Source of the DNA: the human T2T-CHM13v2.0 reference genome, Homo sapiens
Reading direction: 5' to 3' (one strand)
NCBI RefSeq assembly: GCF_009914755.1
Contig: NC_060925.1
DNA: 64,000 bases
The position numbers were made by a program, and so were the translations under genes. Shown piece after piece: positions 44,620 through 57,600 of this stretch; position 1 is the stretch's first letter, and each line of letters opens with the position of its first letter. The notes under the pieces are model-generated. The model made no database searches. It had not been told where the DNA came from and saw only the letters and a list, made by a program, of their open reading frames with translations.

Positions 44620-45630
44620 GACCACTTCATGCCCACTAGGATGGTTATGATAAAAAAAAAAGCGGATAATTACGAATACTGCTGATGATGTAAAGAAAGT
44701 AGCATCCTGATATATTGATGATGATAATCAAAGTGCTATTGGAAAAATATTCTGACAGTTCCTAAAGAAGCTAAACAGAGTGACCATACGACCCAGCAAT
44801 TCTACTCCTAGATATAGACGCAAGAAAATGAAAGCCTATGTTACACAAAAACCTTTTCACAAATGTTAACAGCAGCATTGTGAAAATGTTAGAAGCAACC
44901 CAAATACCCACCAACTGATGAGTGGAAAAATAAAATGTGATATATCCATGCAATGGAATATTATTCAGTTGTAAAAAGGAATAAAGTGCTGGTGCATATT
45001 ACAATATGAATGAACCTTGAAAAACATTATGTACAATGTTCAACATTTGGGTGACCAGTACACTAGAAGCCCAATCTCTACCATTATGCAATGCACCCAA
45101 GTAACCAACATGCACATATATCCCCTGAATCTAAAGCAAAACCAAATTATTTAAAATTCTTTACGTTCATTTATTTACTGTATTACCAAATATACTAAAA
45201 TGATTTCAGCTGAGCCTAATGGCTCAGGTCTGTAATTCCAGCACTTTGGAAGGCCAAGTCAGATGGATCACTTGAGCCCAGGAGTTCGAGACTAGCCTGG
45301 GCAACATGGCAAAATCCCGTCACTACAAAAAAAAAAAAAAAAAAAAAAAAAAAAAGCCTGGCATGGTGGTTCATGACTATAGTCCCAGCTACTGTGGAGG
45401 CTGCAGTAAATCTATAAAAGCAGAAATAGATTGTGGTTGCCTAGGGCTGCAAGAATTGGTGGGGGGAAAATGTAGGGTGATGCTAAAGGGTAGATAATTT
45501 CTTTATGTGGTTCTGGAATCATTTAATGGTGATGGTTGGATAATTCTATGAATATACTTTTAACATATTGAATTGTACACTTTAAATGGGTGAATTGTAT
45601 AGTATGTAAGTTTTATTTCAATAAATCTAC
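44620..45630 (+). mobile_element. L1MB-type 3' fragment(s), interrupted by AluJ
   Basis: ccacttcatgcccactaggatgg..gacccagcaattctactcctag..aattgtacactttaaatgggtgaattgtat..caataaa. Confidence 0.75.
45208..45407 (+). mobile_element. Partial AluJ SINE
   Basis: Left arm (cacttgagcccaggagttcgag), long A linker, truncated right arm. Confidence 0.85.
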
Positions 45631-47244
45631 TATAAGAAGTTATTATGGTGGATGATAGCATTTACTGTGACACAGTTGTAAAATAATTTTGCAAGTCACT
45701 CTTATTTAAAGGAAATCCTTAATTATATAACAATGTTTTCAACAACATTGCTTTCTTTTTTAATAAGGCAAAATTCATTAGAGTATGTTGGGAAACGTCT
45801 TATTCTAAGGATCACTAAAATCTTTTTTTAACTTATGTGAAGTATAATTCTTTTTCACCAGGCAATACTGTTTGTCAATAAATAATATTTACTAGGAGAT
45901 GCACAACGAAATTTAACTTCAGTCATGAGTAATGAGCTGTGTTATATAGTGTTTATGGGACTTATTTTATCACTCATGTATACAACAATGAAGTTGCCTA
46001 GATAGTCATCATTACAGTTGTCTGAGTCTGTACGAAGACGTTACGGAAAAATAATGAAGACACTTGATGAGTTCTATGAATGTTCACTTAATTGGTGTTA
46101 AAATAATTTTTAGTACTTTATTTAATTGCATCAAAATGACAAACACTTTCTGCAAAGAAGATAAACGTCATTCCTAATCCTGTTACATCCTTCCTATTGC
46201 ACAGATTAAAGGCTTGTAAGTATATAGAATAGAAATATTCCTATTCACAACTTTGAGAAAATTGCTCCTAAGAAACTTTTACCATCCCAATTAGGCAGTC
46301 AGAAGTAAGACAGTAAAATCTAATTTATATAACACTGAGTATTTACTACTTTTAAATTAACAACTTATCCATCTATAAATAAATCTCAAAAAAGAATTTT
46401 CCTTTTTCTGGATTTATTTGATTTGACACTTCACCTAAACAATTATCAATTAACTTACTTAATATGAGTAATCATAACCACTAGCATAAGTGGAATTTAC
46501 TTCGAAAATCAACATTTTGTCTGAAATATAAGATTAGAAATATGACAAGATATGAAATGAAGTACATTTGTCTCTTTAAATAAGAGCAATGACTATGTTC
46601 ACTAGTTATATTTTCTTTGATCATCCTAGTCAAAAACAACTTCTGTATTTCATAAAACTCTATCAAAATAAACAAACAAGAATAAAAAAGGTTCTAATGG
46701 TACAACTTTCTCCAACCTTGAAATGCATATAAAAAGTGATTTATACTGCATTAGCTAATTTTATACAACTACTTTGTTATTATTCTATTATAAAATTGCC
46801 ATTTTGACATCAATTGTGTACATTAAGCTTTCAGATAAAACTTACCTCAGGAACAGAAAAATTTGACTTTAAGTTCTTATACTAATAACTGTGAGAATCC
46901 TTTAATTAAATGTTTCATTTGCTGCAGAAGTATTCATCTTTAAAATAAAAATAATGTCCTAATCCTAGGCCTAACAAATGATGCCGGCACTTAGAATTTA
47001 CTAATAAGTTGCAACAAACTATCTCAAGACTACTGAGAAAAGACAGCAAATTACTCACTTTTTGTATGTCTTGGATTCTTTAACATGTCTTTATTTATCT
47101 ACCAGATAAAGATAACTCACACAAATTCAAGTATAGGTACATATCTAGCTGTATACGTAGGCCTTCTATATTTTTAAATCACATAACTGCCCTTATTGTT
47201 TTTTATATAATTTAAAAGGTTAACTTAAAGAAAAAATATACTTA

Positions 47245-47448
<204 letters not shown>

Positions 47449-47566
47449 TCAATATAAACATACTTGTTTTAGAGATGTTTTTACAAGTGCAATTTTATCC
47501 CCAGGAAATATATCTCCTAAGAAAGAGTACTGGAGTATGGGTTAAGTGATTGGCTTGGGGGTCACT

Positions 47567-47651
47567 CCTGTCTCAACAAATTTAGCAACCTTTGCTAAAA
47601 TGCTTAACCCTGTCTTAACAAAATTGGCAACTTTTGGTAAAATGCTTAATC
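47567..47651. repeat. Imperfect tandem duplication (period 42) in MIR-like sequence
   Basis: cctgtctcaacaaatttagcaacctttgctaaaatgcttaa / cctgtcttaacaaaattggcaacttttggtaaaatgcttaa. Confidence 0.85.
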
Positions 47652-50322
47652 TTCCTATGCCTAGCAGGTGGGTTTGAGGTGTGGTCTAAAATATTTCAAA
47701 TACTTTATAAAGTCTCCTTTTGTTCTGATAATTCTATAGTATAAAATACAACAGTACTGATTTAGAAGAGTACTGATATATCAAATTCATAATGACACAG
47801 CATAAATTTTAGAAAGTAATTATTAAAAGATTTAGCAGATAATATGTGCCTAGCATAGAAGAAATATATTTGATACTATGAAAATAACTGTAATATCAAG
47901 CAATAGAATTTGCTAAAATAAATTGAAATTAAAATTGTACTTTAACTCCAAATTCCTAAAAGTCATAAACCCAAAAGATGATAGGGTCCAACCAGAAAAC
48001 ATAATAAATGGCTGCTGAAATTCAATGACATAAAAATAATAGTGCTAGAAATGAGAGCACATGGGAAAGTGCAGGCCACATCTAAAGAGAATGATGCTAC
48101 TCAGGCCAAGCATTGTTATGCAGGAATGAGGGCTCAGATGCCAGATATTCTATTTTCTACAGAAGTCGTGTTTTTAAAAAGTGATTAAATAGTGTTTATT
48201 TTGGAAAAAACAAAAACCTGTTTTCCCAAATAAACAAGTATAGCTGGTATTAAAAATAAAGAGAAGGTTTAAAATTCTAAGAAAATACATATTCTTAGGC
48301 AGAAAAGTAGCACTTTTAGCAAAATTAAGAAATAGAAGATCAAATTTGTCAGTGAGCTAGATCTATAAAATGAATACATAACACCATACAATTTATGAAG
48401 AAAGAAGAAAAGGTTACATGGGAAATGGTTTAGCAAATGCTCTGGACAAACATTGACTTTCGTTCTGCCCTGTTTTTATAATATGATTTAGTACATGAGA
48501 TAGCATACTACTTTTTATTTTGCTTTCATTTTTTATTGTTTCTCTTTCACATTTTATGGAAGAAAATATATACTATGGATATATGTCAGGATTTACTCAA
48601 AAATACAAAAATATCAAGTTTCTACTGATAATCTCTCTCCCCACACCCACTTGTCAATATATTATAATTGACATAAAATGTTTTTGAAATACATAACCAG
48701 ATTATTTATTGCTTTGCAGGAAAGGCAAGCAGATTCTAGATACAATTTTGAATGCAGGGAAGTGTACATAAGATTTGCAAAAGAAGAGTGTTTTTAAACT
48801 ATCATTTCAATATTATCTCAAAATAATTTTGAGTGTGTATGCCCAATCTGTGAAAATAGAGTGACAAAACTGCTAAACCCGGAATGTTATTACTGTAGAA
48901 TCATATGATATCAATACATAGGGAACCCATAAATTTCAAATCAAAAATTAGAACAGATGATCTGAGAAAAATATGTACATTTATTACCACATAGAATTGT
49001 TAAAATTTCAAACTGTAACAGAAAATTTGGAAGGTATGATTACCATATATGCAATGTAGCATGCAATTATTAACTTTTCCTTACTACAGTGCACAAACCA
49101 TATTTCTTTCAGTAGGGGAATGTGAGAAAATGTGATGGATGTGTTATACTTTGAAAATATCTCATTGTATTTTCCTTCAATAGTTAAAAAAGTAAAAAAA
49201 ATAATTAGGTCTCCTCCCTTTTCTTCAATAAATGTGTGCATCTGAGTTTGGGGGGCAATGGCTGTGGGAAGATTTTGCTGCAGTGGCTAATGTTTCAAAA
49301 ACTGTACTAATCAGAGAAAATTAGAAGGAAGCAAAAGATTCCTACATTTCGATAGTCATTTTTGTATTTGCATGTGTCTTTTTTCTACATTTGGTAAAAG
49401 TTTTACAGTGTCTATCAGCCCTTTCAACAATAAGTATATGTACTACCATCAATGGTGGCAATTTTACACATAAACACAAAGTATGTATGCACTGTTCCTT
49501 TGTACACTGAATTATCTAGGGATGCAACTGCGGTGTAAATTAAGAGAAATTTTACTTTATTATGTTTAGCATTGTATGTAAGTCATTAATAAAAATTAAT
49601 ATATGATATGTATCAGTCAAAACCTAGCACCTTGTCATTGGTAAAAGTGTCTTTTTTTCCCACTGTCTTCTTGTTTATTCATGCCTGAGTGTTTACATAT
49701 TAAAAAAACATGCTTTTTATTATTATTTCCATTTTTTCTCTTTCATATTAGAATTAGAATATTATACTAACTTTTTATACTTTATGTGTATAGATAGTTA
49801 TATTTACTCTGAATTTCATTTCAAAATAGTGTAGGAAGTGTTGCAAAATATTTATTATAAAAAGAGAGTACTGGATCAGAGAAAATAACCATTTTTAGAT
49901 AAATAAGTTAATATATAATTATCATGAAAGCCTTTGTTAGAACAAATGTAAATTCAGTACTCTTTTCATTAAGAAAGCTATTTAATTTCTAAGAATGGAA
50001 AATACAAGGAAAAAGATATGATATAATATTCAACTGGATAATAATCTTTATTTGCATGCATCACAGAGAGCTAAAACTCAATCTGAAAAATAGAACTGCT
50101 TCTATATCTAGACTTGTCCTCTTAGGTCCAAATCCATCCTTCCTCTTGGGACATTTTTTAGAACTAACCACTAATCCTCAGCCTGAATTAAAATACTGAA
50201 AATATTCCTTCATTCTAACTGCCCCTCATTTCCCAATACATTATAATAGCCAAAGTTTATGGATTATACAATCAAATTCCCCTCTCTTTCTTTTTTTCCC
50301 ATTGTCATTCTCACTACTTACT

Positions 50323-50668
50323 ACAGGTTTCTAATACATCCATAATTCTTAAGGCTCAGATATCAAATTTCAGAATTAAAAAATATTCAGATTTTAGAAA
50401 GGCAATATGTTTCATCTACCAGACACTATATAACATATCCAAGGAACAACCTATTCCTAAAAATATCATTGTTTCTGCAGCTAAATGTTTGAATATTTAT
50501 ACTAAGTAGAAAAAATAAAGGGTTAAATAGCTTCATGGCAGTTCAGTGCAGGAACTACCACCAAATAATTTCAGATAATTTCGTGTTTTACCACCAAGAC
50601 TACAAAAATATTTTCATGTTGCAGAGATTCCTGGTTTTGGAATTACAGCTAAGGGATTGTGGACTGTT
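50323..50668 (-). mobile_element. MER46C-like Tigger DNA transposon
   Basis: Terminus ttttggaattacagctaagggattgtggactg; internal tttcagaatt..ttcagattttagaaagg. Confidence 0.55.
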
Positions 50669-50799
50669 ATTCAAACTCTGATGTTCTTTCCTCTAGGCTA
50701 ACAACTTTCTAATTGGTTTTCATGTTTTCCAACTCTTTAGCATTCCACCTTGTAAGACTTGATTACATAATTTGGGTCACTCTTGACACATTCAACTAA

Positions 50800-50978
50800 A
50801 ATAAAACCATCCCTATAAATTTTATTAAACCAATTAAAAAAGAAAGAAGGAGGAGAAATGAAATAAAACAAGCTTGCAGCACCATTCAGCATTAATCATT
50901 AGGTCAGCTTACTTTCTGACCCGCTTCCTCATAGTTGTTTCCCTATTGCCCACAAACCACATAAACACTGTCACAAGT
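50800..50978 (+). mobile_element. MER4-group ERV1 LTR fragment
   Basis: aaaccatccctataaa..aagcttgcagcaccattcagcattaatcattaggtcagc..cttcctcatagttg. Confidence 0.6.
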
Positions 50979-52540
50979 GTAATCGAAGATGTAGGTTATT
51001 AATAATGTGCCATGACATTCAAGCAGGCTAAGAAGGGAAGACAAGACCTATGGGTGTAAATGGCAGTGAAGATTTGGTAGGGACAATGAATTGTAGGTCT
51101 TGTATGGTCAAAAGATAGTTGAAGTTCTTCATTAGAGGGAGTGAACTACAAAGATAGGAAGTGGTGGTCAGAGAAGGACACACTAGGATTGGAGATGACA
51201 GAGGAGTGACGTTTATTGGTAATGATATGATCTAAGTTACAACCCTAGAATGGTTGCTGAGCTAGGATGAGCTGAGCAAGAACACTGAAAGAATGGAAAT
51301 TACAGAAACATTATTCTAGAACATCAAAAGAATCCTTTTCATGGGCATAAACATCATCAGATAGTATGACCAAGCAGTGTTGGAGAGAGTGACGGTGAGC
51401 TGGGAGAGAGAGTACATTTTCAGGTTTATCAGATACATTTTTTTTGGTGGGGGGGAGAATTTCAAGTCAAAAACTGCCAATTTTTATCAAATAATTTTCT
51501 AATTAAAAATAGAAGAGACAGTCACAAAATTTAGATAATATAGAAATGCATACTGTAGAAATACATCAATAACAGTAACTGCTATTTTTCCCTACTACCC
51601 ATTTTCCTCTTTGTATGCAAAAACCACCTACCTATGGAGAGATGTTTAGAAGAGGTGGTTGAAAAGGGCAAGTATACTAATGTTTGTTCACAGCACCTTG
51701 CTGATTTTAGTCAGCAATACATAGAGAGCTGATCTGAGGTAAGAACTGATCACTTTGCAAGCAGAAAGAGAAGGGAATAGAACTCTCTTAAGTAGTACAT
51801 TGTTTGCTTGTGATCAAAAATCTAATAAAAAGTATAAAAATGAACACTTGCAGAATTGAAAAAGTGAACTGTATCCTAAATAGCAGGAGATGACATTCCC
51901 TTTCAGAGCCTTTATCAGAGGCCTCTAATTTAGACTTCCCAGCCAGACCAATAAAGACAGACCTGTGACAAAATCAGATTAAAGTGCAGTGCTGCCTTCA
52001 CATTGAAACTTGTTTCAGATGATACCAAGGTATCCACCATTGCAAGAAAGATGGTGATATGGACAGGGCAACAAAATCCAGTAAGTCAGGTTTAACAAGG
52101 TTCTTAGAAAAGAACTTTGAACACAGTTACTGACACATAGAGAGGCCTAGAAGAAATCCACTCGAATTTCAACTTCAAGAGTGGCCACAGAGAATAGTGA
52201 GCCATGAATATGAATGGACAAAGGAATTACTCCGTAAAGAGAAGAATCAAGGTTTAATTAAGGAATTTTATATGTTGCTTTGGAGGTTTCTCAATTCGTG
52301 TGCCAAAGGACATACTATGGACCAATGACTACTGTGCATTTCCTTCTTCTGTTTTCCAAAAACCATTATTTTATTACAACTTTCTTCCTCTACTATTGTG
52401 TATCTGTATGGGGTAGTGGTCCTGGGACCACTTAGCAAATTTATTAATGTGCATATTGCTAGATTATTAGGAGCCACATCTAGATCCAACTTTACATTTT
52501 CCAGATATCCTGAACTTTGAGCTGGATGTGTCATTTGATG

Positions 52541-52614
52541 AAACTTGGAGTATTTGTCTTAGGGAATGGATGAGTGTTTTCTCATTTATTCCCTATGTCA
52601 AATACTCCAAGTTT
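52541..52614. repeat. Near-perfect hairpin: 34-bp arms, 6-nt loop
   Basis: AAACTTGGAGTATTTGTCTTAGGGAATGGATGAG-tgtttt-CTCATTTATTCCCTATGTCAAATACTCCAAGTTT; 30 of 34 positions are Watson-Crick. Confidence 0.93.
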
Positions 52615-52667
52615 TAGTGGCGCTATATGAATGCCATTTATAGTAGCCAGTAAATGGCTAATAGACA

Positions 52668-53040
52668 TACTAAAAAGAAAGAAAGAGAAAATGAATACTG
52701 GGGGAGAGAGTAGTTTTAACCATAGTTCAAGCCTTTAGGCACCCAAGAAACCATGTACATTATGTATTATATATATTTATATAGACAAACAACATTATAT
52801 ATGTAAGTAATATATATGAAACAGCAATATAATATATAATAATTTAATATATAATACAATATGTAATATAATATCTACTAAATCAATATATAATATGTAA
52901 ACAACATTGTATATATAATTATATATATATATTATATATATATAATGTTATGCATGGTTACTTGGGTGCCTAAAGACTAGAACCATCGCTAAAACTACTA
53001 CCTCCCCCAGTATTCATTTTCTCTTTCTTTCTTTTTAGTA
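52668..53040. repeat. Long inverted repeat, 88-bp arms (52668-52755 / 52953-53040) around a 197-bp AT-rich core
   Basis: Manual alignment: outer 39 bp identical, 8 mismatches over 88 bp. Confidence 0.95.
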
Positions 53041-53394
53041 ATAGACGCTCTTATTCCCCCCACCCCACTTTCATATTTTACCTGGATTCATGGCTGCTCT
53101 GGTAGAAATTACATATCTCAGTTTCCCTTTTAGATATGGCCACATTACTAGGGTTTGTCTGATGGGACAATGTGCAGAAATGGATAAACTCTGGATTACT
53201 TTTTGTATACAAAATCACTTTCCCTAAACTCTTTTCTTCTTGTTGGTGAGACAACATATGTAGCAAAAGCACAGCTTTGATTATGCAAAGAAGGACAACT
53301 CTTTATCAAATATAAATCTGTCATTTTTTTTCCTTCTAGCTTCTAATTCCCCTCCTTTGTTGAAGAAAGTGTTTCCTATTTAAAAATTATATGT

Positions 53395-53668
53395 GGCAGG
53401 GTGTGGTGGTTCATGCCTGTAATCCCAGAACTTTGGGAGCTGGAGGCGGGCACATCATCTGAGGTCAGGAGTTTGAGACCAACCTGGCCAACATGGCAAA
53501 ACCCAGTCTCTACCAAAAATACAAAAAATTAGCCAGGCGTGGTTGTGCATGCCTGTCATCCCAGCTACTCGGGAGGCTGAGGCAGGAGAATCACTTGAAC
53601 TCAGGAGGTAGTGGCTGCAGTGAGCCAAGACTGTGTCACTGCACTCCAGCCTAGGTAATACAGTGAGA

Positions 53669-53708
<40 letters not shown>
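53395..53708 (+). mobile_element. AluS SINE with tail replaced by (CT)n
   Basis: Full-length plus-strand Alu followed by a (CT)n run. Confidence 0.92.
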
Positions 53709-53712
<4 letters not shown>

Positions 53713-54610
53713 ATATGGAGAGAGAGAAGAAAATACAAGATATATGTATATGCATCTTATCTTGTATTTTCTTCTCATCCATTTAAAGTTTCTGTTTATT
53801 CTGACTTAGATCTTTCTTCACTATTGCTTGTTAAGACATAAGCACATGAGATCAAGTGGTCAAGTGGTATCACCAGTGAGTGTGCCAGGCCATGGGCAAA
53901 TTTCTTAATCTGTAGGCCTAACAGGCCTTATCTCTAAAATGTGAATTACAGTAGTGTTTACCTCATAGAATTGTCTGAGGAAAAAAATAGAAAATGAGTA
54001 TAAAATGCTAATTAGAATTCTAAACAAGTATTATGGATCATCACAATCCTGCGTTATTAAAATCAAAAGATAGATTTCAATAAACTATCTTGAAACAAAT
54101 GCCAACAGTATACTTTTAAAATGTAAGTGGCAAAACAATATAGCATAATTCCATTGTTATTCAATTAAAAACATGGTCTCACTTTTGTAAAAATGCTGAA
54201 TTCTGCAAGAATGCTCATGTGTATGCCTGTATGTGTGTCTGGATATGCACAGAAAATAGTGTGTAAAGATAAGCATCAAATTGTCAATAGAAACTGCCTC
54301 AACAGGTGGGAAAGAGTTTTAGAAGCATATGACTTTTAAAATAGTAGTATTTTGTGAGATTATTGATTTCTTCTTTGTTATTCTAATGTCTGTCATTTTC
54401 AGTTTAAAAGCTTCTAAAATAAAAAATTACAATTGAGATGCAAATGCATTGATAAATATGAATCAAAATTGTCTTCAAGTCCCTTTTACTTTATGAAAAA
54501 TAAAATTGATAGTTACTTTAAAACAAGTCAGAATATTTTCTTAAAGGTCTACATCACCTTATATTCTGAGCTTTTGTGTGATTTAAAGTACTAGAAACCT
54601 CTTCCATGCA

Positions 54611-54623
54611 GTTGCTAGGTAAC
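54611..54623. promoter_or_regulatory. Candidate RFX X-box (GTTGCTAGGTAAC)
   Basis: Fits the quasi-palindromic X-box GTTRCY-N-RGYAAC, in apparently non-repeat DNA. Confidence 0.45.
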
Positions 54624-56184
54624 AGCTCTTTGGAAAACAGTAAATAGTGGAAAGTGCAGTAAACCAATCTAGTGCTGGGTTTTAATTTACAGAAATCAAA
54701 TATCCTTTGGAAAATGGCTTTTAAATAGAAAAACGAACCAGGGTGGATTTTAAAATCTAAATGTTAGTCATTTTTATTTTATGGGGAAAAAGTTTATTAA
54801 ATAGAACAACTGATTAAATTGCATTATAAAATCTTTCCCATATCCTTTGCTTATTAGATTCTATTTGCAAGCAAGAGTGGGTTTATTGCTACAAAAAATT
54901 GTATCTTTTTCTTATATGAGAATAGATAATGTCTTGCAATCAAGTGAGTTTTATTTTGATCCTGTTACTTTAATCAATAAAATAACCACTCGTGTGTGCA
55001 TGCGTGCGCGTGCATATGAACACGTCAGAAACTTTGCCAATTCAGATTGTGAGGCATTCAACCACTAAATGGCTAAGAATAGATTTAAGTAAATCCTTAA
55101 AAGTCACTTAGTTTCACTAGATCTAACTATAAGAATGCTTATTAAATGCATAGAATCTAACCCAATTTGAGATTTGCAATTTTCTGTAAAACAGATTTAT
55201 TTCATTTCAATAACACAAGTAAAAAGCACGTTTCTGTTTTTCCAGTTGCTTCAATACTTATTTTAGTACAATAAATATAATCTTTTTTGATGTTTCAGGC
55301 TATTAAATACTCAAAAGGGGGCTCAAATTTCCTCTACCCTAGTGCAGAACAGTTTTAATTTCATTAACCTCCTTTTCTTTTATACCTCTCATAAATACAT
55401 AGCAGTCTTAATATTTTTGAAAAATTATTTTCCTCCAATTTCTTTAGGTTCTAACCAAGAGTATACTTTATCAGCTTCTGATAGTATCGAAGATACTTAC
55501 TGAAGCTTCTTTTTAGTAATAAAATAATAATACTAAATAATATTTCTGCTTTCATGCTAAGTTATATATATATATTATTAAACCTCTCAAAAGTTCTATG
55601 ATATATATTGTGTTAAGTAGTTTTCAGATAAGCAATCAGATATTCAGAACAGTGAAGTAACTTGGCTGAATTTATTACTTATTAAATTCAAACTATCTAC
55701 AAAGGACTCTACAAAAGCTATACGACTCTAAAATTGATTAACCAGCACTTAAAATAGGTAACAGAATGTAGCAGTGTTTCCCTCTGTAGAAACCACTTAA
55801 AGATGACCACTTGCTACCAGATGAACAAATGGCTGGAGCATCCATTACACTGAACTGATGACTGAGAAAACACAACCACCAAGCTCCCCGAACACCTGTC
55901 GTGTAATAGTGAAGTTTGAGAGAACGTAGGCAAATTTGCCTTTGAGATCAGTTTCATTCCTTTTCAACCACAAAACACAATATTGTAGCTGAACTAAAAT
56001 AATTTGAATGACTGATTCAAAAATATTTTGGAAGATTTCTGGAAGATTTATTAGTAGCAAATAAATACTGCAATAAATGGTAAAAAGAAAGTAAATGCAT
56101 ATGTATTAAGAGGATATACCGATACTTTGCCTGCTCTGAGGGAATGAAAAAAGCCTCACTTAAGGAAATAATGTTTAACCAAAT

Positions 56185-56507
56185 TTATTTATTTATTTAT
56201 TTATTTATTTATTTTTGAGATGGAGTCTCCCTCTGTCCCCCAGGCTGGAATGCAGTGGTGCGAGCGCGGCTCACTGCAAGCTCCGCCTCCCAGGTTCATG
56301 CCATTCTCCTGCCTCAGCCTCCTGAGTAGCTGGGACTACAGGTGCCTGCCACCACACCCGGCTATTTTTTATTTTTTTTTTGTATTTTTAGTAGAGACGG
56401 GGTTTCACTGTGTTAGCCAGGATGGTCTCGATCTCCTGACCTTGTGATCCGCCCACCTCCGCCTCCCAAAGTGCTGGGATTACAGACGTGAGCCACCGCG
56501 CCCGGCC
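56185..56507 (-). mobile_element. AluY SINE
   Basis: Y-diagnostic gcaagctccgcctcc..ccattctcc and gttagccaggatggtctcgatctcc; TSD TGTTTAACCAAAT at 56172-56184 / 56508-56520. Confidence 0.93.
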
Positions 56508-57256
56508 TGTTTAACCAAATATTTTAAAGATAATTAAGAAAAGTTGTTTGAAAGGTGAAGAAAGTATGCAGAATTTCGTAAAAATAAAATTGGAGAGGTA
56601 GGAAGAAACGGAAATGTTTACACAAATATATTAAGAAAGAAAGAAATCTAAAGATTAAGGAAGGAAAAATATTGCTGAGGTTGCTGATAGGGTATGAGGT
56701 AATTGGGCACTCAGCAAAGATATGGAAAGGAAATCCATCAATTATAATAGGAAAAAGCAGGAAGCAATAAGTGAACATAAATTAACATTTGGAAAATAAG
56801 TTGCAAAATTTAAGGAAGTTTTCATGTATTGGCTTCCCATATCTCTGTGTATTAGAAAATGAGATAAATTTGAAATAGTAATTACAAGAGCAAGAGAATA
56901 ATTTGATTAAAAGAAAAAAACAAAAAAACACAACGTTAAGGGCCGCTTTGAGCTGCCTGAACATGAGTTTATGGTAACACAATCTGACCCACTGAGTATT
57001 ATTGTTTTTCCAGGAGTGCCAGTCAAGGAGTGAAAAAAAAAGGATCAGCGTACATGGAATTTTGTTTGTTTGCATGTGTATTTACTTTTGATCAAAAGCT
57101 ATGGGAAAAAAATGAAAAACAAAGGAAGTCAGAACACTGACATGTGGCTGACTGAATGAAGTGGCAGACTAGGGAGTTCAGGTTCCTTAGAGAGGGAAAA
57201 AGAGAAGAAATGGAACTGAGGCACAGGAAGACTCTAAACTGATGATGAAATGGAAT

Positions 57257-57600
57257 AATGGTTCTCAAGCTATTTGTGATGAAGGGCCAGTTTTCTTTTT
57301 CTTTTTAATTGTAAAATAAAAAGAAAGAACAGGTCGTAACCCATTGCAAGCACATAGGCAGCTCATGCCATATGTGATTCACCTATGATTTTGATATAGC
57401 CCAAACTATGTATATGCTTAGTAGTCTATATGTTTTCCAAAGAGACAGTCCACTAATTATGCATTTGGATGTCATGGCAATGTCAAATCGCTATCAAAAT
57501 TTCTAAAATGCTGCTCTCAATTGCTGTATTTATCATGTTGTAGCTTGATAAAAGTCTGTGGAATGAAACTGGTCTTTGGACCACACTTTGAATAACACTG
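57257..57600 (-). mobile_element. hAT-Charlie (MER5-group) DNA transposon
   Basis: Ends aatggttctcaag.. and ..ggaccacactttgaataacactg. Confidence 0.55.
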
